A stretch of DNA of 51,191 bases from Bdellovibrionota bacterium FG-2 (GTDB lineage: Bacteria; Bdellovibrionota; UBA1018), in NCBI GenBank assembly GCA_051382305.1, contig JBBCAV010000280.1:1-51191 (forward strand), in the 5' to 3' direction. The notes under the pieces were generated by a model, which did not search any database, was not told where the DNA came from, and saw only the letters and a program-made list of their open reading frames with translations. Shown here one piece after another: positions 28,331 to 37,915 of this stretch; position 1 is the stretch's first letter; each line of letters starts with the position of its first letter. Made by a program: the position numbers and the translations under genes.

Positions 28331-29218
28331 ATGGCACAACAAAATCATTGGATCCTCATCGCAGGCGAAAAGCCAGAAAATCTTAAAGAGCTTAAGGAAC
28401 TTCTACCCGCTCGTCTTACAAATACTCAGGTCATTTCCGCAAGTGACGGCGTCAAAGCTTTGCAGAAAATTCAACGTCAACATTTTGAACTTGTGATCGC
28501 AAGTACGATGATGGCCAGAAGATCCGGCACGGACCTCGTGCAGGATCTTCTGCAAATTCCTGCCGACAATAAACCCAACCACGTTTTCTTGGTGGGTGAT
28601 AAACAGCCTGACACCCTTCAAGGCAATCCTAACGCCTTTGTCTTCATTCAGACGCCCTTCGACGCAGGCATCTTCATTGATTCAATTCGTGGTTTTTTCC
28701 CAGAAGCCTCCCCAGAAACGTCGAAAGAAGCCGCCAAGCCAAAGGTCGATGTTAACTTCATCAACCCCTTCATTGACTCGACCCTTAATGTGCTCAAAAT
28801 TACGGCCAACACGAAAGCCGAAAAGAAACGCGTATTTTTGCGCCCCGTCCAAGAACCCGTCAGAGGCGACATTTCAGCACTCATCTCCATCACTTCTGAC
28901 AAATGCGTTGGGAGTATGGCTGTCACCTTCGAAGAAAAATGTTTTTTGGCCGTGGCAAGTGGAATGCTGGGAGAAACTTTCACTACAATCACGACTGAGA
29001 TTGAGGACGTCGCAGGAGAGCTTTGTAATCAGATTTTTGGAGGCGCTAAGAAAGTTTTGAACGAACAAGGCTACAAAATTCAGCCCGCCCTCCCGGCCGT
29101 CATAGCTGGCAAAAATCATACAATCCGACATACCGTGCAAGGCACCTGTATTGCGGTAGAATTTAGCTCAACTTCTGGCACCTTCTTTGTGGAAGCCGTA
29201 ATCAAACCTATTGGATAA
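28331..29218 (+). CDS. cheX: pseudo-receiver + CheX phosphatase fusion
   Basis: N-terminal receiver fold (ASDGVKALQK); C-terminal FINPFIDST and DVAGELCNQIFG (E-x-x-N); start ATG 28331 after TGcTACAAT. Confidence 0.85.
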   Translation: MAQQNHWILIAGEKPENLKELKELLPARLTNTQVISASDGVKALQKIQRQHFELVIASTMMARRSGTDLVQDLLQIPADNKPNHVFLVGDKQPDTLQGNPNAFVFIQTPFDAGIFIDSIRGFFPEASPETSKEAAKPKVDVNFINPFIDSTLNVLKITANTKAEKKRVFLRPVQEPVRGDISALISITSDKCVGSMAVTFEEKCFLAVASGMLGETFTTITTEIEDVAGELCNQIFGGAKKVLNEQGYKIQPALPAVIAGKNHTIRHTVQGTCIAVEFSSTSGTFFVEAVIKPIG

Positions 29219-30911
29219 ACGGATTGTAATTAATAATCACCGATGAATCATGGGAAAATACGTTCCCATCGCCCAGCGCGGTGCCCTCTTTAAAATTCTT
29301 CGAAGTCCACCACATAATGTGGTTAAACTGGCACTCCATCGCTTCGGGACAAAACACGCCCGATGAAGAGGAGTAACCTGTACAGACTTGTTTGCAGGTT
29401 TTTCCCGTGGGTGAATACACATGAGTATCCGAATTTAAACACGAACTAATCGTAATATAGCCTGAGGAGGCAGAACGCGCCGTGCAAACCGGGGTATCAT
29501 AAACGACGTCATGCTTGGAGCCCTGCGCTTCAGTCGGATGATTGAGTCCCAAGAAATGCCCCATTTCATGGGCAATGGTCGCGCCCATATCTACAAAGTC
29601 CGCCTCCTGATGCTGAATCGAGCACTCACCCGTTCCCGAACAGAGCGGATTGTAGGTCGCAAGCTTATCAAAACTTGAAAAAGCAAGGCCGCTTGCGGCG
29701 GTTCCACGAAGCATAGGCCCTCCGATGGCACCCGAAAGACCGAGGATCGTGAGATTCGAGCCCTCTCCTGAAACATCATCATCAATCGTGCTCACGAGAA
29801 AAATATTCAGCGCCTTGAGTTCAGAGGCCTCGGGTATCAAATCCTTCGAGCCCGAAAACATATCCCCCAGCTTCATCGCCCCCACATTAGCATAGGAGTC
29901 ACCTCCCGCTTCACAGCCCCATTCAATGGCATTCACGCTGCCTAGTTTGACTCCAACATTCTCATGCCCAAAATACTGCTGCACCAGCGTGAAAAGAGAA
30001 TCCAAATTCTGTTTTCCTTTCACTGTTCGTGACGCCGCGATATTATCGCTTCCTACAATCACAATGTTGAGGTCGACCGCCCCGCCTATCGCCGTAGCCG
30101 TAGCCGCCTCCTTCTTCTTGATCACGGTCACTTCAAGCTGAGCAGCAGCCGCAGTCGTGACCGTCGCATAGTTAGCGGCCAGCAATACATACTTTGCGTG
30201 ATATTTTCCACCATACCTCAGCCTCGGAACAGAATACTCAGAAGGAAAGAAATGCGTGTTGAACGCGCAAGCGGAATCTGTCGAAGGTGCTTCGGCCCCT
30301 TCGGTCCAATTACAGGAAGGAAAGGTATTCACACTCCCATAACCAAAACTCGGAATTTGATGTTGCTGCCAATGAGTTCGATCAAAATAGGCGCTGGGCC
30401 AATTTACCAGGCACGCAGAATTCGAAGTACAGCTTACTCCGTTACAGGTATAGTAACCGTTTTGCGCACAATCGCCTCCGCTGCCTGCTCGCGCAAGATT
30501 GATATAGTCATACGTTCCATCCGAGAGGTAAACCAAAGCCGGATAAGCACTTCCGTCAAGACCGGCAGGCATCCCCGTTACCTTTGCAACCAAGGTCAAC
30601 GAGCCAAAGGCCCCGAGGTCTTCGGTCATGTCTATCTCAACATCGATTTCACGACTTGCGGGAGCGGCTTGCCCTAGTCCCGTCACAGGCCCAGAAGCAC
30701 TCAGAATGGTCTTTGAGACTTCTGCGCCAGTATCGTGATTGCTCGCGCCCGCCCCACTAATGTTAGGCGTCCAGGCAACTCCATCAATGGCAGCGCAACT
30801 CGAGGACTCTGAGGTCGTGCTCTTCTTCTTCGCACAACCTGCACCTGGGATCGCGAATATAACGCAAAACGCCAAGACGGCTAACTGGGAATATCTACAA
30901 ACGTGCCGCAT
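29208..30911 (-). CDS. Cys-rich metzincin (M43/pappalysin-like) metalloprotease lipoprotein
   Basis: lipobox GAG-C; HEMGHFLGLNH zinc motif; DTP and NHIM Met-turn. Confidence 0.85.
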   Translation of the reverse strand: MRHVCRYSQLAVLAFCVIFAIPGAGCAKKKSTTSESSSCAAIDGVAWTPNISGAGASNHDTGAEVSKTILSASGPVTGLGQAAPASREIDVEIDMTEDLGAFGSLTLVAKVTGMPAGLDGSAYPALVYLSDGTYDYINLARAGSGGDCAQNGYYTCNGVSCTSNSACLVNWPSAYFDRTHWQQHQIPSFGYGSVNTFPSCNWTEGAEAPSTDSACAFNTHFFPSEYSVPRLRYGGKYHAKYVLLAANYATVTTAAAAQLEVTVIKKKEAATATAIGGAVDLNIVIVGSDNIAASRTVKGKQNLDSLFTLVQQYFGHENVGVKLGSVNAIEWGCEAGGDSYANVGAMKLGDMFSGSKDLIPEASELKALNIFLVSTIDDDVSGEGSNLTILGLSGAIGGPMLRGTAASGLAFSSFDKLATYNPLCSGTGECSIQHQEADFVDMGATIAHEMGHFLGLNHPTEAQGSKHDVVYDTPVCTARSASSGYITISSCLNSDTHVYSPTGKTCKQVCTGYSSSSGVFCPEAMECQFNHIMWWTSKNFKEGTALGDGNVFSHDSSVIINYNPFIQ

Positions 30912-30913
30912 TG

Positions 30914-30947
30914 AATTAGTCTCTTACCCCTTCTGAGACTAATTATA
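30914..30947 (-). promoter_or_regulatory. 10-bp inverted repeat overlapping the -10 box and RBS of the metalloprotease
   Basis: AATTAGTCTC-N11-GAGACTAATT; minus-strand TATAAT at 30942-30947; AAGGGG lies in the loop. Confidence 0.65.
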
Positions 30948-31095
30948 GCGAATACTTGACCTTTTTCCACAGGTTTTATGACTCACACCGTCACTATTGA
31001 CACAATGCGACACTTAAGTGGCTCAGACTCAATGCGAAATCATATCAGACGAATCTTAACAGTTTTATGACTATATGCGTCACGAGACGGATTTA

Positions 31096-32244
31096 CTACC
31101 CTTGAAAGGTCCGATGAGGACTATGCTCACCCACCCAATTTCTCAACTCGCATTCGGATTTCCCATCACGAATCCGCACGAAAGCAAACGTAAGACAGAA
31201 CTGGCGCCCCATCCCTCGCCAATCCAAATTGATCATCTTCGTCCAGGTTCCGGTGTTAATGTATTGCTTGCCATCGGGATAAATTTTATGCATCGGCTTA
31301 TGAGTATGCCCGAAAATTACCGTAGCGACCTCGGGTGCGTCCGCAGCCTTGCTCTCGAGAATCTCGCGCGCCTCGCGCTCCAAATCCAACAAAAAATTCG
31401 TTTCCTGCTTAAGAATCATCGCCGTCTGTAGAATCCGCGAGCTCCGTCCGGGACTAAAAATAAACCGCGTCTTCAAAAAATAAAACGCCGACAAAAACGC
31501 AAACCGCAAGGTAAACCAAGGATCCAATATCAGCCCAAACACTACAAAAACTTTAGCGGGCCTCACCTTGTCGATATAATCCCGCTCCCATTTCATGCGA
31601 TTAACAATCTTCAAAACGTAGACACTTCCCCAAGGCAAATTTAAAACCGGCTCGTCCAAATGCCACTTCAAAACCGGTTTCTCGAAATCAATGGCATGCA
31701 CCGCCTCAAACTGATTGCCATGACGAACTTCCACGCCCCCTGGAAAAGTCACTCGATCCGTATCTCCAATCACCTTTACTTTTTGAGAAGGAAACTCCCC
31801 TTGCGGATCCCACTCCCGCGTGATCCGCTCTCGAACACTTGCAAACACCAGATCAGAGTCATGATTTCCGAGTAAGTAGGTTATCGTCTTGCCTGGGCGC
31901 GACGCGAATTTTTTTAGGGCCCGCATCACTTTGGGATGGCCCGCAATAATCGCCTCCAATTTATGGAGGGAAACCTGCTCCGTCACCGCCTCTTCAAACT
32001 CACCCCTGATCGGGACATTCAAGAAATCCAAAAAATCCCCGGCAATGAGCAACTCAACATTTCGCTCACTCCCCTGCTCTCCGCCAAACTCTCCCATGGA
32101 GAAATGATTGAAGAAATCACAAATCTCATCATCAAAAAAGAAATCCTCGTGAGGATTAAGCCTTCCCTCAAAGAAGCGGCCAGCAGAGAGGTGACAATCT
32201 GAGATAACGATTTTGATCGCGTCCACGCCTTGAGTATAGCCCAA
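31096..32244 (-). CDS. calcineurin-like metallophosphoesterase
   Basis: SDCH, GDFLD, GNHD, HGNQ, GHTH and YINTGTW motifs; start may be GTG 32226. Confidence 0.9.
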   Translation of the reverse strand: MGYTQGVDAIKIVISDCHLSAGRFFEGRLNPHEDFFFDDEICDFFNHFSMGEFGGEQGSERNVELLIAGDFLDFLNVPIRGEFEEAVTEQVSLHKLEAIIAGHPKVMRALKKFASRPGKTITYLLGNHDSDLVFASVRERITREWDPQGEFPSQKVKVIGDTDRVTFPGGVEVRHGNQFEAVHAIDFEKPVLKWHLDEPVLNLPWGSVYVLKIVNRMKWERDYIDKVRPAKVFVVFGLILDPWFTLRFAFLSAFYFLKTRFIFSPGRSSRILQTAMILKQETNFLLDLEREAREILESKAADAPEVATVIFGHTHKPMHKIYPDGKQYINTGTWTKMINLDWRGMGRQFCLTFAFVRIRDGKSECELRNWVGEHSPHRTFQG

Positions 32245-32345
32245 GCGTCATGGACTTATACATGGACTTTTAATGGCCATCTAAAAACAGATTTGACATG
32301 AGCGCAAAAATCCGTAAAACAAACACACACAAGAAGGAACTCATT

Positions 32346-32573
32346 ATGGCGAACGCGAGTAAAAAATGGCCCGACAATGCACCCGGGCGGTATTTTGTTG
32401 ACGATCAATGCATTGATTGTGATGCCTGCCGCGCCGAAGCGCCGGAGAACTTCACCCGAAACGAAGAACACGGCTACTCCTACGTCGTCAAGCAGCCTGA
32501 GACTCCAGAACAAGAGATCCGCTGCAAAGCAGCCCTTGAAGCCTGCCCTGTTGAAGCCATTGGGATGGGGTGA
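32346..32573 (+). CDS. small single-cluster ferredoxin
   Basis: CIDCDAC...CPVEAIG; RBS AAGGA before ATG 32346. Confidence 0.92.
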   Translation: MANASKKWPDNAPGRYFVDDQCIDCDACRAEAPENFTRNEEHGYSYVVKQPETPEQEIRCKAALEACPVEAIGMG

Positions 32574-32616
32574 ACCGGCTCGTTAATCGGTCCACCCCTG
32601 CAAAAGCCAAGCAAGC

Positions 32617-32835
32617 CTAGCGACTTGAACTCTGCCTTAAACCCGCCCACGACAACCGCTTCGCAGTTGCACTGGCGATTTTCTTTACCGCACGCGCTAC
32701 CGGGCGCGCTACTTTGCGCTCTACTGGCCGCGCAGCCACGGTCTTCTTTTTAGCCGAACTCGCAAGCGTAGACCTACGCTTCGCGGTTGTTGTTGCTTTT
32801 GATCGAACGGAACTACTTCTTTTTTGAATTGGCAT
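32617..32835 (-). CDS. small Lys/Arg/Ala-rich basic protein (histone H1-like composition)
   Basis: 72 aa, nearly devoid of acidic residues; ARPV repeats; SD-like AAAGGA/GGGG upstream. Confidence 0.6.
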   Translation of the reverse strand: MPIQKRSSSVRSKATTTAKRRSTLASSAKKKTVAARPVERKVARPVARAVKKIASATAKRLSWAGLRQSSSR

Positions 32836-32934
32836 TTCCCCATTCCTTTCTAAGAAAGACTGCTGTTTTGAAACAGATCTTTTATTAAAAGATCCCCACT
32901 ACGAGCAGCCACATCTGCAAAGGTCGGGCCGCGA

Positions 32935-34071
32935 TTAGAAACGAGTCATTTGTACCAGCTCCGAGGGCGCGCCGGGCGCGTCTTTAGCTCCAGCCGCTTC
33001 CAGCTCTTTTGCTGCGCTAATCGCCAAATCCTGCGCAACCCTGCGAGCAAGCGCCAAAAATGCTTGAGCCACTTCCTTCGTTTCAGGGGCCTGTGAGGTC
33101 ACAACAGGCTTACCGTTATCCCCCCCTTCTCGAACTCCAGTCACTACAGGAATTTCTCCCAGGACTTGCGTTTTGAACACCTCTGCCATCACGCGCGCAC
33201 CGCCGGAGCCAAAAATCGTATGCTTCTTCGTGCAGCCATCGCAAACAAAGTAGCTCATGTTTTCCACGAGCCCCATGATCGGGACCTTTACTTTTTCAAA
33301 CATGCGAAAGGCTTTACGTACATCTTGAAGAGAAACTTCCTGAGGCGTCGTCACTAAGATCGCACCACTTACCGGAACAAGCTGCGCGACAGACAATTGC
33401 ACATCGCCCGTCCCAGGAGGCATATCGATGATAAGATAATCTAATTCGCCCCAGAGTACTTTTTCACAAAACTGACTAATAACACTGTGTAGCATGGGAC
33501 CTCGCCAGATCAACGGCTGATCCTCGGGAACCATAAACCCCATCGACATCACCTTCACCCCATGAGCAGCGAGCGGAATAAACATCTCCCCCTTCACCGG
33601 ATCGTCCATCACCTGAGGGGCTTCACGAACCCCCATCATCGTCGGAATATTGGGGCCGTAAACATCAGCATCCATCAGGCCGACCTTAGAGCCTTCCATT
33701 GCAAGAGCAGTTGCAAGATTCACCGCAACCGTGCTTTTTCCAACTCCGCCCTTGCCACTAGAAACCAAAACAACTTGTTTCACCCCCGGAATCGCCTTAG
33801 GCCCCGAAAGCATCGTCCGCCCCCGAACCTCGGCATCCATCTTAATATCCATCTGCTTCACTCCGCGTACGCCCGCAAGCGCCGCCCGAACATCGCCTTC
33901 AATCTTCGCCTTCAAGGGACACGCAGGAGTCGTCAACATCACCTTGAGTGAGACCTTGCCCTCAGGCGTGACCACGAGGTCGCGGATCATATTAAGGGTC
34001 ACCAGATCTTTATGGAGATCAGGATCTTGAACTTTCTTCAGGGCTTCTAGAACGGATTCTTTGTTTAGCAT
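32935..34071 (-). CDS. mrp: Mrp/NBP35 (ApbC) Fe-S cluster carrier ATPase with N-terminal DUF59-like domain
   Basis: V-x-DPDL, TTPACP, SGKGGVGKST, DADVYGP, DMPPGTGD and ENMS..CxxC; start revised to 34071. Confidence 0.95.
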   Translation of the reverse strand: MLNKESVLEALKKVQDPDLHKDLVTLNMIRDLVVTPEGKVSLKVMLTTPACPLKAKIEGDVRAALAGVRGVKQMDIKMDAEVRGRTMLSGPKAIPGVKQVVLVSSGKGGVGKSTVAVNLATALAMEGSKVGLMDADVYGPNIPTMMGVREAPQVMDDPVKGEMFIPLAAHGVKVMSMGFMVPEDQPLIWRGPMLHSVISQFCEKVLWGELDYLIIDMPPGTGDVQLSVAQLVPVSGAILVTTPQEVSLQDVRKAFRMFEKVKVPIMGLVENMSYFVCDGCTKKHTIFGSGGARVMAEVFKTQVLGEIPVVTGVREGGDNGKPVVTSQAPETKEVAQAFLALARRVAQDLAISAAKELEAAGAKDAPGAPSELVQMTRF

Positions 34072-34166
34072 TTTATGACCCTTAGCAGAAGTTCGAGTCG
34101 GGATCAATGGGAGGAGCAGCCGCCTTTGTGGAAAAACTGCCCCAGTCATGATAAGCTGCACGATAT

Positions 34167-34796
34167 ATGGCGAAAACTATGAAATCCAAACCCACCCTCC
34201 CCAAGCAGCTAGGGACCAAAGCTCTGAATCGAATCAAAAAAGATATTCATTCGATCCTTCTCTCTGTCGGAGAAGACCCTTCACGCGAAGGGTTGCGCGA
34301 CACCCCTAAGCGCTACGCGAAGGCGCTCGAGTACCTCACCTCCGGCTACCGTAAAACTCCACAGCAGGTCGTCAAGGATGCCCTCTTCACCGAAGGCTCC
34401 AGCCAAATCGTTATCGTGCGCGATATCGAACTCTTCTCGCTGTGCGAACATCATATGCTGCCATTTTATGGCAAGGCACATGTGGCCTATATTCCGAATA
34501 GCAAGATTATCGGCCTCTCCAAAATCTCGCGCATTGTGGACGTGTTTGCCCGCAGACTTCAAGTCCAAGAGCGACTCACCAATCAAATCTCTCAAGCACT
34601 TAACGACATTCTCAAGCCCACGGGCGTTGCCGTCATCATCGAAGCGTTTCATCTCTGTATGATGATGCGTGGCGTGGAGAAACAGCAAAGCTATACCATC
34701 ACAAGTTCCATGTTAGGTGACTTCTACAACGATCCCGACACTCGCAAAGAACTCATGTCTCTGCTAGGGGGGCTCGGGGGAACGGCCAGAAGATAG
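34167..34796 (+). CDS. folE: GTP cyclohydrolase I
   Basis: [27 protein letters not shown] and HLCMMMRGV. Confidence 0.97.
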   Translation: MAKTMKSKPTLPKQLGTKALNRIKKDIHSILLSVGEDPSREGLRDTPKRYAKALEYLTSGYRKTPQQVVKDALFTEGSSQIVIVRDIELFSLCEHHMLPFYGKAHVAYIPNSKIIGLSKISRIVDVFARRLQVQERLTNQISQALNDILKPTGVAVIIEAFHLCMMMRGVEKQQSYTITSSMLGDFYNDPDTRKELMSLLGGLGGTARR

Positions 34797-34799
34797 GCC

Positions 34800-37337
34800 C
34801 TAATAGCCTGGCATCTCGTCGAATTGTAAATACTTGTAGATCTTGGCCTCGTTAGGCCCGATCTTATCGCGATAGACCGCCATATACTCATCCTTCGTGG
34901 GGAGCTTTCCGGTCGTCGCAATCACGGCACCCAGCTCGGCTGAGCCCAAGAATACTTTGGCACCGTTACCCATTCGGTCATCAAAGTTCCGAGTGGACGT
35001 AGAGTAAACGGTAGCGCCCTCAGGAACTCTTGCCTGATTGCCCATGCAAAGGGAACAACCCGCAACTTCGATGCGCGCACCGATTGCGCTAAAAACCGAG
35101 AACATCGCTTCGTCTTTTAATTGCTCCTGATCCATGCGAGTCGGAGGGCAAATCCAAGTCCGAACAGCGGAATTAAATTTCTGTCCTTTCCAAATCGCCC
35201 CCGCAGCGCGAAAATGTCCGATGTTAGTCATGCAAGAGCCCAAGAACACATCACTCACAGGCGTACCAGCAACTTCGGTTAGAAGCTTCACATCATCCGG
35301 ATCGTTCGGGCAGGCCAGAATCGGTTCGGTCACTTCTGCGAGATTAATTTCGATGATGGCGGCGTATTCAGCATTAGCATCGGCGCTCAGCAGCTCAGGT
35401 TTCTTGAGCCAGGTTGCGACGTCGGCAATGCGTTTTTTCAGCGTCCCTGCGTCTTGATAACCGTCAGCGATCATCTTCTTCATCAGCGCGGCATTGGAGC
35501 GCAAATAATTTGCCACCGTCTTCTCAGAAAGTTTGATACACGCGGCGGCCGCACTTCTCTCGGCGGCGGCATCGGTCAGTTCAAACGCTTGCTCAACAGA
35601 GAGCTCGGGCAAGCCTTCCATTTCGAGTATCCGGCCATTGAAGATGTTCTTCTTATTTTTCTTAGGCACCGTGAGAAGGCCTTGTTTAATGGCCCAATAC
35701 GGAATGGCATTCACAACATCACGGAGCGTGATGCCGGGATTTAACTTACCCTTAAACCGAACCAGCACCGACTCGGGCATATCAAGCGGCATAAAGCCAA
35801 GCGCGCCTGCAAAGGCAACAAGGCCAGAGCCCGCGGGAAACGAGATCCCAATCGGAAAGCGCGTATGCGAATCCCCCCCCGTTCCAACAGTGTCTGGGAT
35901 CAAGAGTCGGTTGAGCCAAGAATGAATAACGCCGTCTCCGGGTTTGAGCGCCACGCCCGTACGGTGATGCATGAATGTGGGAAGTGACTTGTGCATCGAA
36001 ACATCCGCAGCTTTTGGATAAGCGGCGGTGTGACAAAACGATTGCAAGAAAAGAGGAGCCTGGAATTTGAGGCACGCAAGCTCTTTTAATTCATCTGCCG
36101 TCATCGGGCCTGTCGTGTCTTGAGAGCCTACGGTCGTCATTTTGGGTTCGCATGCTGTGCCCGGCAGAACACCCGTTACGCCACACGCTTTGCCAACCAT
36201 CTTTTGCGCAAGCGAATAACCTTGGTTGGGCTTCGGTTTGGGATTCACGGGTTGAATAAACAGTTCCGTAGGCTTAAGTCCCATCGCCTTACGAGCGCGA
36301 TCCGTGAGCGCGCGTCCAATAATCAGATTGATGCGTCCGCCGGCGCGGAACTCATCTGAAAGCGTGTTTGGCGAAAGTTTGAAGTTCGAGAGCACTTGAC
36401 CTGCTTCGGTCCGAACTTCACCTTTTTCGTTGTCTATGATGATGACATCGCCGGTCTTCATTTTAGAAACGTCTGTCTTGATCGGAAGCGCCCCTGAGTC
36501 CTGAGCAGTGTTAAAGAAAATCGGGGCGATCACACCGCCAATGATGACGCCATTGCGACGTTTATTAGGAATAAAAGGAATATCTTGGCCGATGGCCCAA
36601 AGCACGCTGTTACAGGCTGATTTGCGAGAAGATCCCGTACCCACGACATCCCCCACAAAAGCAACCGTGTCGCCTTCAGCGCGAAACTTCGCAATGGTTG
36701 CGAGTCCGTCAGGAAATTTTGTCTTTCCCATGGCCAGGGCATGCAGTGGGATATCAGGCCGACTCCAGGCATCACCTGCTGGAGAGAAGTCATCGGTGTT
36801 GATTTCCCCGTCGACCTTAAACACTTTGAGTTTGAGGGTTTTGGGAACGCCCGGCTTGTTCATAAACCAAGCGGCATCGGCCCAAGCCTGCATGACCTTC
36901 TTCGCGGTGGGGATTGTCTTCGCGAGCTCGGCGACATCGTCGAAAGAATCATAGACGAGGATCGTGGTTGAAAGTGCTTTTGCAGCTTCCTCGGCGAGCT
37001 CTGGATTCTTGAGCGCCTGAACGAGAGGTGTCACATTATAGCCCCCCAGCATCGTGCCCAGAATTTTTACAGCTTCGAGTTTAGTGAGGAGCGGCGATTG
37101 AATTTCGCCACGAGTGATACGCGCCAAAAAATCGGCTTTGACTTCGGCTGCGGGATCCACACCGGGCGAGACGCGGTCTTTTAAAAGGTGCAAGAGTAGG
37201 TCTTCTTGGCCCTTCGGAGGGTTTTTTAAAAGTTCGCAGAGGTCTTTGGTCTGCGCGGGATCCAGCGCCCGGGCAGGAATGCCTTGCGCTTTTCTCTCTG
37301 TTTCATGGGTCTGATAATTTTCGATGAAGTTCGCCAT
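34800..37337 (-). CDS. acnB: aconitate hydratase B
   Basis: PGVDPAA, TGSSRKSA, SQDTTGPMT, SFCHTAAYPK, GSCMTN and GCSLCMGNQAR. Confidence 0.97.
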   Translation of the reverse strand: MANFIENYQTHETERKAQGIPARALDPAQTKDLCELLKNPPKGQEDLLLHLLKDRVSPGVDPAAEVKADFLARITRGEIQSPLLTKLEAVKILGTMLGGYNVTPLVQALKNPELAEEAAKALSTTILVYDSFDDVAELAKTIPTAKKVMQAWADAAWFMNKPGVPKTLKLKVFKVDGEINTDDFSPAGDAWSRPDIPLHALAMGKTKFPDGLATIAKFRAEGDTVAFVGDVVGTGSSRKSACNSVLWAIGQDIPFIPNKRRNGVIIGGVIAPIFFNTAQDSGALPIKTDVSKMKTGDVIIIDNEKGEVRTEAGQVLSNFKLSPNTLSDEFRAGGRINLIIGRALTDRARKAMGLKPTELFIQPVNPKPKPNQGYSLAQKMVGKACGVTGVLPGTACEPKMTTVGSQDTTGPMTADELKELACLKFQAPLFLQSFCHTAAYPKAADVSMHKSLPTFMHHRTGVALKPGDGVIHSWLNRLLIPDTVGTGGDSHTRFPIGISFPAGSGLVAFAGALGFMPLDMPESVLVRFKGKLNPGITLRDVVNAIPYWAIKQGLLTVPKKNKKNIFNGRILEMEGLPELSVEQAFELTDAAAERSAAAACIKLSEKTVANYLRSNAALMKKMIADGYQDAGTLKKRIADVATWLKKPELLSADANAEYAAIIEINLAEVTEPILACPNDPDDVKLLTEVAGTPVSDVFLGSCMTNIGHFRAAGAIWKGQKFNSAVRTWICPPTRMDQEQLKDEAMFSVFSAIGARIEVAGCSLCMGNQARVPEGATVYSTSTRNFDDRMGNGAKVFLGSAELGAVIATTGKLPTKDEYMAVYRDKIGPNEAKIYKYLQFDEMPGY

Positions 37338-37419
37338 TGTGGGCTCCTTTATTGTGTATTGCTTTTTTACACCTAATTTGGGCGTTCGAAAATGGATTAG
37401 TGTATGACCAAGCGCATGA

Positions 37420-37707
37420 TCACACTTTGAATACCCATTCCTGCATTCGGCGATACTCTTTGCATCCGTGATTTTGGAATAACCGAATCATGCCCTTATT
37501 GCTGACGACCGTTCCCCCATGATAAAGCGTTCCCCCTTGTTTACGCATCATGTTGAATCCCTTACGGTGAACCCACTTTCCTAATCCTTGGCCGCGAAAC
37601 TCTGGCATGATCCCCATGTAGGTAATTCGCGACCACCCGGTTGTGGACTCGATTTGAGCGATGATTAAGGCGGCGGGTTGGTGTTTGATGTGAGCGATTT
37701 TGATCAT
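37420..37707 (-). pseudogene. C-terminal fragment of a GNAT acetyltransferase
   Basis: YMGIMPEFRGQGLG acetyl-CoA motif and N-x-x-M-x-x-LF; upstream of about 37707 the frame loses GNAT character and has no RBS. Confidence 0.55.
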
Positions 37708-37804
37708 CAAGAAAAGAAAAACGCATGCTTTGATTGAAACACCAGTGAGAGATTTTTTCAAAATTAATATTGCGAAACGGCGGCGCTTATGAAACAAATG
37801 CCCT

Positions 37805-37823
37805 ACTTTATCCCGGATAAAGT
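37805..37823. repeat. 19-bp palindrome upstream of the HNH gene
   Basis: ACTTTATCC-C-GGATAAAGT. Confidence 0.85.
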
Positions 37824-37869
37824 GCGACTTTTCGATACACCTTTTTTCCTCAACCACTCTTGTCGCGCA

Positions 37870-37906
37870 CTTTCATGATTACCCTATAAAAACTTTTTCA
37901 TGAAAG
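37870..37906. repeat. inverted repeat immediately upstream of the HNH gene
   Basis: CTTTCATGA-N19-TCATGAAAG; the right arm is part of palindrome TTTCATGAAA. Confidence 0.7.
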
Positions 37907-37915
37907 GGTCAGCCT

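Noticed and set aside
30963..30971. DnaA-box-like TTTTCCACA (another near 34128-34136)
   Set aside because: Isolated single boxes with no cluster, unwinding element or dnaA context; not an origin
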